From Splendidivirga corallicola (lineage in GTDB: Bacteria; Bacteroidota; Bacteroidia; Cytophagales; Cyclobacteriaceae), in the NCBI RefSeq assembly GCF_030442035.1, contig NZ_JAUJEA010000001.1, positions 525,559 to 589,558 of the forward strand: a DNA stretch of 64,000 nt, in the 5' to 3' direction. Shown one piece after another: positions 28,032-36,445 of the stretch (the first letter of the stretch is position 1; every line of letters begins with the position of its first letter). The notes under the pieces are model-generated. The model was not told the origin of the DNA and made no database searches. It worked only from the letters and a program-made list of their open reading frames with translations. The position numbers were made by a program, and so were the translations under genes.

Positions 28032-29510
28032 TCAGACTTGCCTGAAACCTGATGCTATAATGTATTTTCTATTATTATATCTTTTTTCTAAAAGTTGAAG
28101 CCAGTAGTCCTTCAAAATAAATCCTACTATACCCATTGTTGCCAACAAGCCCACTCCTACCCACGGAATATCAAACAACATGAATGGCACCGCCAGAAGT
28201 ATCGGCCCAAGCAAGAATGGAAGAACCAAAATAAACTGCGTAGCGCTTATACCTTCATAATTGAAAGCTGCACCCTTACTCAGATCTACCTTCTTAGGGT
28301 TTTTTAACCCAAAATAAAGGATCGTAAATGAGTTCACGCCTATATTAAAAAGACAGCATGCCAGGTTGATGATTACTACTTTCCACCCAAAATATATATA
28401 AGGTATGCTTAAGACAAAGGCAATGGCTGAACTGGCCACAAACAACCACATTTTCGATTCAAGGTAATCCCTTGCACTGATATTGCTTGATAGTATTTTA
28501 TCAAAAAAACTACTGTGCCAGCTCAAGAGTAACTGGCCATAGTTGCTTAGGAAAATCCCGGTAATGAAAATCCCAACAAATATTAGAAAGCCAAATCCCT
28601 CCAGGTAGATATCATTGGTGTAAAAGATCAATCCATACAACAAAAAAGCAACGCTCAGATAGAATATTGATTTTGGTCTTTTGTTTCTTAGAATAAGCTT
28701 CATTTCCAAGGCTATGAAGTGACCAATTTTGCCATATCTATCCAAAAATGAAGTATTGAGTTCTTTGTATTCGTTTTTCTTCCTTCCAATTTGAATCTCT
28801 TCTAAGTAAGCATTTCGTTTTAAAAAATTATAGTTGATATAATAGGCGAGCCCTATCATTCCTAAGATAACCAGTAGCAGTAAAGGATTTCCGGCAATGG
28901 CGGAAAAAGTAGCAGACGCAAACTGAGAAATATTCAAAAGTTGAAAATAATCAGCAGCAGCCAGTGAGAGTAGCAGCAAAGCAAAGATCAACACAACCTT
29001 GGCATTTCCAGCTAATTGTCTCTTTATATGGATGGCCAGGAAGTTGCTGAATAAGATCATTCCGCATACTCCCAAAAACCAGTAAAGTGCACCATTACTA
29101 CCCACAGTTCCGGGTGCCACTTTAATAGCGAATGGAATAAAGATCAGCAAAGGCAGGTAATTGAAAAAGCTTACCAGCGATTTGGAGAGCATAAAATGTA
29201 TCATTTTGCCCTTCTTGATAGGTAAGTGAAGATAGGGTGTTATGGAAAGTACGGGTACATCCTGCAGGAAGAACCTCATTAGTATATCCATACCCAAATA
29301 GTAAAATAAGAAACTGTTAAATACGGTAAATGGATCTTGGTCAGGAAAAACATTTTTTAGGATCTCATCAATAAAAAAACCAAGCAATAAGAGATAGGCC
29401 ATCATTATAAAAATGAAGATGCCCAACACAATGTTAACACCAGTGCTACTATTAAATCTCGTTGCCCGGAAAGTCTCCTTCCATTGATGATCAATGAGCC
29501 ACTTTATCAT
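28032..29510 (-). CDS. polytopic membrane protein, putative permease partner of the ABC ATPase
   Basis: 492-aa ORF with about 12 TM helices. Sits immediately upstream of the ABC ATPase with a 48-bp gap. No family recognised by eye. Confidence 0.55.
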   Translation of the reverse strand: MIKWLIDHQWKETFRATRFNSSTGVNIVLGIFIFIMMAYLLLLGFFIDEILKNVFPDQDPFTVFNSFLFYYLGMDILMRFFLQDVPVLSITPYLHLPIKKGKMIHFMLSKSLVSFFNYLPLLIFIPFAIKVAPGTVGSNGALYWFLGVCGMILFSNFLAIHIKRQLAGNAKVVLIFALLLLSLAAADYFQLLNISQFASATFSAIAGNPLLLLVILGMIGLAYYINYNFLKRNAYLEEIQIGRKKNEYKELNTSFLDRYGKIGHFIALEMKLILRNKRPKSIFYLSVAFLLYGLIFYTNDIYLEGFGFLIFVGIFITGIFLSNYGQLLLSWHSSFFDKILSSNISARDYLESKMWLFVASSAIAFVLSIPYIYFGWKVVIINLACCLFNIGVNSFTILYFGLKNPKKVDLSKGAAFNYEGISATQFILVLPFLLGPILLAVPFMLFDIPWVGVGLLATMGIVGFILKDYWLQLLEKRYNNRKYIIASGFRQV

Positions 29511-29711
29511 AATTCGTTAGTTTTTGTTTTAGTATTGTATACAAATTGTTTATTTCTTTTTTCTAAACAGGTTCAGGTAATACCTTCAAAAAAATTAGGT
29601 ATTAGTAATCATTATTGTAGTATTTACAGTATTGGTACTATTGATAGCAACTTGTGTGGCCACTCTTGCATTTAACACAGATTTATGAATAGCTTCGGCC
29701 AACTCATGCTT

Positions 29712-30287
29712 TTATATCAAATTTTTAATTTTGTGTTTTGCATTTCTCAACCCATCTTTCTCTAAAAAAATTTGCCGCAGCAGATTGCAAGTATAACTCA
29801 AACATACCAACAGTGTCATGTCATCAGATAGATTACTCTCATATTGAATAAAATCTTTCAACGTCCGAATAAGCTCATCTTTATGTTTGATATTGACAAT
29901 TGGATATCTTTTAGACTTGAATATCCACAATGTCCTTTGTTCTTTTTGTTCAAGTATTCTTTTTTCGATCAGTTGACGGATATAGTAATTTTGAATTTTC
30001 CTTCCGTTTCTTGCCAATCGACTAATCCAAAAAGACAACTTACGAGCCTTCTTGTCCTGTGCTATAAGTTCAAGAGCCAGATTGTGCATAGGGTTATCAT
30101 TTCTTCCGGAAGACACAATGTTCAGTTTATTATTATCATCGATTTTAATCTTATTTTGCTTTATAAGTTCGTATAATAATATGCCGCTCAATGAATAAAC
30201 CATACCCAAATGAGTTGTAACAAGGCTACCCCTTTGGGTATCAATTCCCAATAAAATAAGTTTTTCTGAAAGTTGAAGTGTCTGCAT
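29712..30287 (-). CDS. GPP34 (GOLPH3/Vps74)-family protein, bacterial form
   Basis: 191-aa ORF. N-terminal LSEKLILLGIDTQRGSL… resembles the conserved start of bacterial GPP34-family proteins (L.EELLLLALDDEKG). All-helical composition. Assignment from memory, moderate. Confidence 0.45.
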   Translation of the reverse strand: MQTLQLSEKLILLGIDTQRGSLVTTHLGMVYSLSGILLYELIKQNKIKIDDNNKLNIVSSGRNDNPMHNLALELIAQDKKARKLSFWISRLARNGRKIQNYYIRQLIEKRILEQKEQRTLWIFKSKRYPIVNIKHKDELIRTLKDFIQYESNLSDDMTLLVCLSYTCNLLRQIFLEKDGLRNAKHKIKNLI

Positions 30288-30303
30288 ATTATTTATTTTG
30301 TTC

Positions 30304-30615
30304 TTATAAGTTTAACCAAAATGTTACGGCAAAATATAACCATATGATTGTTATTAATAGTAGACCCATTGTGACTAACCGGTAGAACTTCGACTTTTTA
30401 CCGGCCAATTCAATTTTCTTTTTCTTGCGCTGCTTCTTTTGCTCATCAGCCCTTTTTTCTTTGATCCATTGTTGTATCTCCTCTTTTGTAGTATCTGAAT
30501 TGTTATTAGTGGCCCTAGTTACATTATTATTACTAGAAGGAACTTTTTTTTCAGAATCAATGGTCATTGTAGGCTCCGCGATAGTGTTATTTACTGTTAA
30601 GTCTTTTGAATACAT
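30304..30615 (-). CDS. small tail-anchored membrane protein (Lys-rich N-term, one C-terminal TM)
   Basis: 103-aa ORF. …KEKRADEQKKQRKKKKIELAGKK… then a single TM helix (LVTMGLLLITIIWLYFAVTFWL). Confidence 0.3.
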   Translation of the reverse strand: MYSKDLTVNNTIAEPTMTIDSEKKVPSSNNNVTRATNNNSDTTKEEIQQWIKEKRADEQKKQRKKKKIELAGKKSKFYRLVTMGLLLITIIWLYFAVTFWLNL

Positions 30616-30847
30616 TATTTATTAAACTCATATATACTATGTTAATAGCGACCAGTCCTAAGGTAGCAATAGTAAAAGCGATCCAGGTGGAAATTCTATC
30701 TTGATCGGCATTTGCTAAGAGTATCAGGAGCATTCCGAATATTGAAAAACTAAGGACGAATCCGGACAATTTACAGGCTATTTTCTCATGGGAACTCTTC
30801 ATTTTTCGATGTTTAAGTGATTTGATGTGCACACACCTCCTCTGCAC
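30587..30847 (-). CDS. small two-TM membrane protein
   Basis: 86-aa ORF with two hydrophobic helices. Overlaps the next ORF by 29 bp. Confidence 0.3.
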   Translation of the reverse strand: MQRRCVHIKSLKHRKMKSSHEKIACKLSGFVLSFSIFGMLLILLANADQDRISTWIAFTIATLGLVAINIVYMSLINNVFKRLNSK

Positions 30848-30932
30848 AGATCACATGAACGATCCACCAATTTTTTCACAAATGGTTATAAAAAGTTTGA
30901 AAAAGGGCTCCATCACAGAGCCCTGTTAGAAG

Positions 30933-33068
30933 CTAAATGATTCCTAAACTATTTACGGCTTTATCATCAATACCTAATGCTTTAGCTACATTGGATAATT
31001 GATTCAAAACATCCTTGGAATCACTATCTTTTGCTTGATCAATCAATTTCAGCAACAACGCCGAAACACTCAAATTTTTGATATCATTGGTGTTTAAGCC
31101 AAATTGACCAACAAACTGACGCAATTTATCCTTAAAGCTTTGTCCGGTATCAGTAGTGAAGAAAACGTCTTTAACATCCTGTATCACGTGACTATTATCA
31201 ACCATTCTGTCCACAGTTTTACCTTTAGTAATCGCGCCCATGATTTGGTTAAAGAACATGGTTTCTCCTCCAACGATATCTATATTGGCCGCTTTTAACG
31301 CTTCGGATATAACCTCAGCTTGTGCCATGGCTATGTCTCGTTGAATGTTGATAGAAGCCAGCTCAATTTCTTTATCCTTCTCCAGGTTCAATTTAAACTC
31401 TTCATGTTCTTTACCAACACCATCCAACTTCTTCATGGCATCAGCCTTCTGCTCAATACCCTTGGCATCAACCGCTAATTTCTCGGCGATTACTCTTGCT
31501 TCTGCCAGTCCTTTTTTCTCCTCAGCCTCAGCTTTTGCTTCGACAACTTTGGCTTGTGCCAATCCAAGTTTTTGATCGCCAATGGCCTGAGCCTCTGATC
31601 TGACCTCAATACCCTTCGCTTCCGCCTCAGCCTTGTCTTCAATCAGGCTGGCCTCTGCTTCACCTTGTTTTATCTTGGCTGCAGCTTTTGCTTCCATTAC
31701 CTGTGCTTCCGACATACCCAATGCCGCAGCTTCAGCTGCCTTCGCCTCAGCTAGTGTTTTAACTGCATCGGCCTTGTGGCCCGCAGAGGCCTGCTCAGCT
31801 TCTGCATCGATCAGGATTTGCTTGGCTCTGTGCTCAGCGGCCTGCTTTTTAGCTTCCGCGTCTTTTATCTCTTTAACCAAGGCCTGTTCAGCATCCCTTT
31901 CAGCATTGGTAATGGCTACCTTTTTATTTCTTTCCGCTTCGGAATAAGCTTTGGTATCCTTAATTTTTTCTTCTTCTTCCACTACGGCCTTTTCCACCGC
32001 TACTCTTTCTCTGATAACATCCTGGATATTCTTTCTTTCTTCTTCCACGGCCTTTTCCTTTTCTATCTGGGCTAAAGTCACAATTCGCTCTCTTTCTGTG
32101 GCTTCCAACATTCTCGCCTGCTCCACTCTCTCGGTCTCCACGGCATCGGTTTTCTCTTTATTTTTCTGAGCCACCAATACTTCTCTTGCTTTATTTTGTT
32201 CTGCTACCTGAACTTCTTCATCAGTCTGAATTCTTGATTTTTCTGATTTTAATCGTTCCTGTTCCTGAACAATTTTTATTTCGGCCTCTTCTCTGGCTTT
32301 GATAGATTCCACTTCCTTTCGTTGTTTTTCCTCTGTTTCGGCCAATTGCTTTTCAAGCTCAAGTATTGTCTCCCTGGCCTCAACATTTTGTTTTGTGATC
32401 GTTTTCTCTTTTTCCTTTTCGATTAAGTTTGCTTTGATCTTTTCTCTGGAAGTGATATCAATAATTTTCTTGATACCTTCAGCGTCCAAAATGTTGCTCT
32501 CGTTTAAAGAATCGAGCGGTGTTTGCTCTAAATAATCTATAGCACAATCATCAAGGATATAACCGTTAAGATTGGTTCCTATTTCTTCGATGATTCTTTC
32601 CCTGAACTGTGCTCTGGAATTATACAATTCAACGAAATCAAATTGCTTTCCAACAGTTTTCAATGCTTCGGAAAATTTGGCATCGAATAACAATTCAAGT
32701 TGCTCTTTCGAAGATGCTCTTTGACAACCAATTGATTGTGCAACGTGTATCACATCCTCCTTCGTTTTATTTACCCTAACAAAAAAGGTTACTTTTATAT
32801 CCGCTCTCAGATTGTCTTGACATATCAATCCATCTTTACCTGTTCTTGATATTACCATTGTCTTTAAAGTAATATCCATTACTTCCATCTTGTGTAGAAC
32901 AGGAATTACGAACATTCCTTCGAATGATACTTTAGTTCCTCCTTTGCCGGTTTTTACAATAGCCTCTCCCTGTATTACCTTTTTGTACATTTTTATAAAT
33001 GCTACTAAGGCACCAAACAGGAAAATGCTTCCAATAATTATTAATGCATAAATTACAGATCCTGCCAT
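30933..33068 (-). CDS. flotillin (SPFH/band-7 family, YqiK-like) with ~450-aa Ala/Glu/Lys-rich coiled-coil
   Basis: N-terminal TM helix and SPFH domain (…GEAIVKTGKGG…MEVMDITLKTMVISR…DNLRADIKVTFFVRV…). Long EA/KA-repeat coiled-coil. Conserved flotillin C-terminal region. Confidence 0.85.
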   Translation of the reverse strand: MAGSVIYALIIIGSIFLFGALVAFIKMYKKVIQGEAIVKTGKGGTKVSFEGMFVIPVLHKMEVMDITLKTMVISRTGKDGLICQDNLRADIKVTFFVRVNKTKEDVIHVAQSIGCQRASSKEQLELLFDAKFSEALKTVGKQFDFVELYNSRAQFRERIIEEIGTNLNGYILDDCAIDYLEQTPLDSLNESNILDAEGIKKIIDITSREKIKANLIEKEKEKTITKQNVEARETILELEKQLAETEEKQRKEVESIKAREEAEIKIVQEQERLKSEKSRIQTDEEVQVAEQNKAREVLVAQKNKEKTDAVETERVEQARMLEATERERIVTLAQIEKEKAVEEERKNIQDVIRERVAVEKAVVEEEEKIKDTKAYSEAERNKKVAITNAERDAEQALVKEIKDAEAKKQAAEHRAKQILIDAEAEQASAGHKADAVKTLAEAKAAEAAALGMSEAQVMEAKAAAKIKQGEAEASLIEDKAEAEAKGIEVRSEAQAIGDQKLGLAQAKVVEAKAEAEEKKGLAEARVIAEKLAVDAKGIEQKADAMKKLDGVGKEHEEFKLNLEKDKEIELASINIQRDIAMAQAEVISEALKAANIDIVGGETMFFNQIMGAITKGKTVDRMVDNSHVIQDVKDVFFTTDTGQSFKDKLRQFVGQFGLNTNDIKNLSVSALLLKLIDQAKDSDSKDVLNQLSNVAKALGIDDKAVNSLGII

Positions 33069-33079
33069 GTATTTAAGTG

Positions 33080-33757
33080 TTATATGTTTTCATAAGGTTC
33101 AACCAAATAGACATTGTTGTCGTGATTGTAATCAATCACCAAACCAGATTCCCCTACCTTCAAGCTGGTTCCCTGTTGTGTTTTTATGTTCAGCAGTATT
33201 GGGGATCCGTCAGTTTCAATTCTAGCCTGTCCAACTTTGCTCTCCGTTATTTCACTATTTGCAATGCAAATTTTACCTATTAGTGAGTTATCAGCATCTC
33301 CCATTTCATCATTGGCAAACAATTTCATGAATGGCATCGTGATAAACTTGGCTATGAACAGGCTGACCACAAAATTTGGTATTAAAAAAATCAGTCCTAG
33401 AATAAACGATTCGTTTCCGAAAAAGTCATTTAATAAAATAGAAATCGCCCACATTGGAAGAATCAAAAAACTCATAAAGATCATCAATGGGATTTTTCCA
33501 ATGTTGAAGAAAGCAAGTACGGAATTAAATGAAGCACCACCAGAACCACTTCCAACATCTGTGTCCAAGTCAGCATCGGCATCGATATCCAAATCAGCAT
33601 CAACATCAAGGTCCACATCCGTATCGACATCAACATCAAAAGAACTGATGTCCAATGCACCCAAAAAAACTGAAAGCCAATAGATCAAAAGAAAAATGAG
33701 CAATGCAGTTGGGATGACATTGGGAGCAGAAATTGCTGCGTCAAAAAGTTCTTTCAT
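33080..33757 (-). CDS. NfeD-like / YqiJ-family membrane protein with acidic (D-x)n dipeptide repeat
   Basis: TM helices. DVDVDTDVDLDVDADLDIDADADLDTDV repeat. C-terminal OB-fold-like segment (…LIGKICIANSEI…GQARIETDGSPILLNIK…). Sits immediately upstream of the flotillin gene, as yqiJ does for yqiK. Confidence 0.6.
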   Translation of the reverse strand: MKELFDAAISAPNVIPTALLIFLLIYWLSVFLGALDISSFDVDVDTDVDLDVDADLDIDADADLDTDVGSGSGGASFNSVLAFFNIGKIPLMIFMSFLILPMWAISILLNDFFGNESFILGLIFLIPNFVVSLFIAKFITMPFMKLFANDEMGDADNSLIGKICIANSEITESKVGQARIETDGSPILLNIKTQQGTSLKVGESGLVIDYNHDNNVYLVEPYENI

Positions 33758-34061
33758 ATTTATACCGTTTGGTTCTTGAAGGTCTCATGAAATTAACGTA
33801 AACTTTATTCGTCCTTGATTGGTACTGCTAAAGACAATTAGAGAATGACGTTCATTTCATGAATGTTAAAGTTAAAAGTGATAAAAAATGGGAGCTTCAG
33901 GAGATTGTCTAAAGACAGTATCATTCAGTGCTAACAAAATAAATCTCTAAAAAAATAAGCCGTCAACTCACCCAATGCACTGGAATGATACTATCGAAAG
34001 TAGATGAAAGGTTGATTTATTGGTATATCCATTAGGACAATCAACCTCTACCAGAAAAATA

Positions 34062-34793
34062 TTATTCTTTCGATTCTTCGGTACTTTCGTCACTAAGGCC
34101 CATTTTAGCCTTCAGTGCTGCGAGATCATCTTTTGCCTTGATTTCTGATTCTCCTTCAAGGGCTTTATCTATCTCGTCATCTACCGTTTTACTTTCATTG
34201 GCAATTTCTCCGTAAGACTCTGCCAAGGCTTCTTCCTGCGCAACTTTATCCTTCATCTTTTCAAGCATAGCGACAGTACTGGAAGAATCAATCTGTGCCA
34301 TTTGCTTATTTAAAGTCTTTGTTGCAGTACTCACCTTTACACGGGCTTTTAAAGTTTTAAGCTCATTTTCCCATTTACTTATATTTGATCTCAAGGTCTT
34401 GACATTTTTCTCCAACTGAGCCACGTTGACCTCAAATTTGTCTTTTTCCTCCTTTGCCCTAGCCATATGTTGTACGTTTTCTTCTTTTTTCACGAGCGCT
34501 TCACTAGCTAATCTATCAGCTTCAGCCGCATCAATTTGACCGGATTGACCTTTTTTCAATAAAAGCATCGCTTTATTTTCGTAGTCTTTTGCCTTATTTC
34601 TATAGGTTTCAACGTCATTTCTGGATCTGATAGCAAGGGCTTTTACCTCTGCCAATGCCTGTAAACTTTTATCAAGGTCCTTTTTCATGTCTCTAATACC
34701 TTGCTCAGTCATTTTAATAGGATCTTCCAATTTATCAATCGCCGAATGCGCCTCTGCTTCACCTATTTTAAAAATTCTCTTAAAAATGTTCAT
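34062..34793 (-). CDS. pspA: PspA/IM30/Vipp1-family protein (bacterial ESCRT-III homolog)
   Basis: MNIFKRIFKIGEAEAHSAIDKLEDPIKMTEQGIRDMKKDL… is the canonical PspA N-terminus. 243 aa, all coiled coil. Confidence 0.85.
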   Translation of the reverse strand: MNIFKRIFKIGEAEAHSAIDKLEDPIKMTEQGIRDMKKDLDKSLQALAEVKALAIRSRNDVETYRNKAKDYENKAMLLLKKGQSGQIDAAEADRLASEALVKKEENVQHMARAKEEKDKFEVNVAQLEKNVKTLRSNISKWENELKTLKARVKVSTATKTLNKQMAQIDSSSTVAMLEKMKDKVAQEEALAESYGEIANESKTVDDEIDKALEGESEIKAKDDLAALKAKMGLSDESTEESKE

Positions 34794-34808
34794 GACTCTA
34801 TTTTCTAT

Positions 34809-35204
34809 TTAGTTTTTTGAAAATTTGATTAACTCGTTTGAATACTCGCTTAACAAAAGTCCCAATGAATTTAAAGTAGCTTCTATTTCATTTAAATCAA
34901 GGTTCTCCAATTCATGAGTATTTCTGAAAATAACTTTCTTACCCGATTCATCCAGTACAAATGCTCCGTGAATGATATCTCTGTTTTTTTGTAACAGCCC
35001 TTTATAAACATCCGTGGATTCGTTATTTACTTCTAAAATGAATTGTTCAACAATTAATAAAGGGTCTGCGACACCAAGTACAAGGTTTTTAACACCTTCT
35101 GTTTCATGTTCAATTACAATGATGCCATCATCATCATTTTCATAAGTAATTGAGTAGTTTAACTCAAGGACGTAGTCTTTTACTTTTTGAAAGTAATTAT
35201 TCAT
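34809..35204 (-). CDS. YjfI-like (DUF2170) protein, PspA-associated
   Basis: 131-aa acidic protein immediately upstream of pspA with a 15-bp gap. Size, composition and position mirror yjfI-yjfJ in Enterobacteria. Similarity judged by eye only. Confidence 0.5.
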   Translation of the reverse strand: MNNYFQKVKDYVLELNYSITYENDDDGIIVIEHETEGVKNLVLGVADPLLIVEQFILEVNNESTDVYKGLLQKNRDIIHGAFVLDESGKKVIFRNTHELENLDLNEIEATLNSLGLLLSEYSNELIKFSKN

Positions 35205-35367
35205 AGTTTGATATTAGTTTAGGAATTTCAAAATAGCTTACTAACGATTACAATTTATAAAAATTAAGCTTAGTCAAAACATAATTTTCTTTGAAAAAAT
35301 TAAACTAAGGAGGAGCAAGCGATCTTGATACTAATTTTATAAATTTCATTTTTAAAGTTTTGATTGA

Positions 35368-35442
35368 AATTCACGGATCTTTTGTTTTCTAAAAAATATG
35401 CTAATGTTTTGAGCTTTATTGAAAATTATTGATCCGTGAATT
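35368..35442. promoter_or_regulatory. 12-bp perfect inverted repeat pair (AATTCACGGATC … GATCCGTGAATT), candidate operator in a divergent promoter region
   Basis: Half-sites at 35368-35379 and 35431-35442, separated by 51 bp. Lies between the divergent yjfI-like/pspA array (-) and the XRE/S24-like regulator gene (+). Confidence 0.4.
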
Positions 35443-35590
35443 AAATTAACTATATATGTGATTGTTTAAATTTCTTTTGTTTATTTTGTATTGATTTTTA
35501 AAGTAAATCACTAACTTTAATTTTTAATACGAATCAAATATACTAAAAGTTTTAGATAAGCTCAAAATATTAGCCAAAAATTTTTTACAA

Positions 35591-36373
35591 ATGTCGTACA
35601 TTGGAAAAAATATAAAGAAAATAAGAACGGTCAAAAAACTCAGTCAAGCCGCTTTTGCAGAGCTTTTCAACTTAGCGAGACCAAGTGTAGGAGCTTATGA
35701 AGAAGAAAGGGCCGAACCAAAAATTGATACAGTTATACAAATAGCTAATTATTTTGGCTTATCTGTTGATGTACTTTTGACCAAAGAATTAACAGTTAAC
35801 GAGCTCTATAGATTTGACATTTTTACTGACGGAATGAATGTCAATAAAATTAGCGGTTCTCAAAAATTAGACAGAACTCATCCCAAAAATGGCATCGCGC
35901 TGGTTAATCTTAAGCAATATATTGAGTATATTGTAAACCATCAAAATAAAGACTTTCTGGACAAACTTTCCAAAATAAACCTCCCAGTTACCTTTAAAAG
36001 AAAATCAAGAGCTTTTCAATTGAATGGTAGTGAAATGGAGTACAATCATAATGGGTTACATCATGGTGATATTCTGTTATGCGTTGAAAGAGAAAAAACC
36101 AATAAGAAAGATTTAAATACAGGGTCTGTTTATGTAGCTGTTCACAAGGAGGACATTATTTGTCGTAGATTATCCGGTCTTAGCAAAGACAAATTAATTT
36201 TGAAATCAGATGATCCCAACTATGAATTGATAGAAGTTAATATTGAAGATCTTCTGGAGCTGTGGGAGGTAAAAGGTGTATATAGTACTTATTTAAATCC
36301 ACCAACGGTTGTTGAATCCAGAATTCTACAAATTGAAAACGAACTGATCGAATTAAAGAAGAAAATGAAATAA
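35591..36373 (+). CDS. XRE-family HTH regulator with C-terminal LexA/CI-like S24 peptidase-fold domain
   Basis: N-terminal HTH …LSQAAFAELFNLARPSVGAYEEERAEPKIDTVIQIANYFGLSVDVLL…. C-terminal …NGSEMEYNHNGLHHGDILLCV…VAVHKE… resembles the S24 Ser/Lys region. Confidence 0.6.
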   Translation: MSYIGKNIKKIRTVKKLSQAAFAELFNLARPSVGAYEEERAEPKIDTVIQIANYFGLSVDVLLTKELTVNELYRFDIFTDGMNVNKISGSQKLDRTHPKNGIALVNLKQYIEYIVNHQNKDFLDKLSKINLPVTFKRKSRAFQLNGSEMEYNHNGLHHGDILLCVEREKTNKKDLNTGSVYVAVHKEDIICRRLSGLSKDKLILKSDDPNYELIEVNIEDLLELWEVKGVYSTYLNPPTVVESRILQIENELIELKKKMK

Positions 36374-36445
36374 CTTCTCTGAGAGGATCAACCATTATTC
36401 TTTATCCTGCAACTATTTATTTTACAAACTTTACAGTAAACCTAT

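Noticed and set aside
31104-32535. Six plus-strand ORFs (64-104 aa) with Ala/Ser/Phe/Leu-rich translations overlapping the flotillin gene
   Set aside because: They are antisense read-throughs of the GCx/GAA-rich coiled-coil coding repeats of the flotillin gene. Low-complexity translations with no start context, fully contained in a well-supported CDS.
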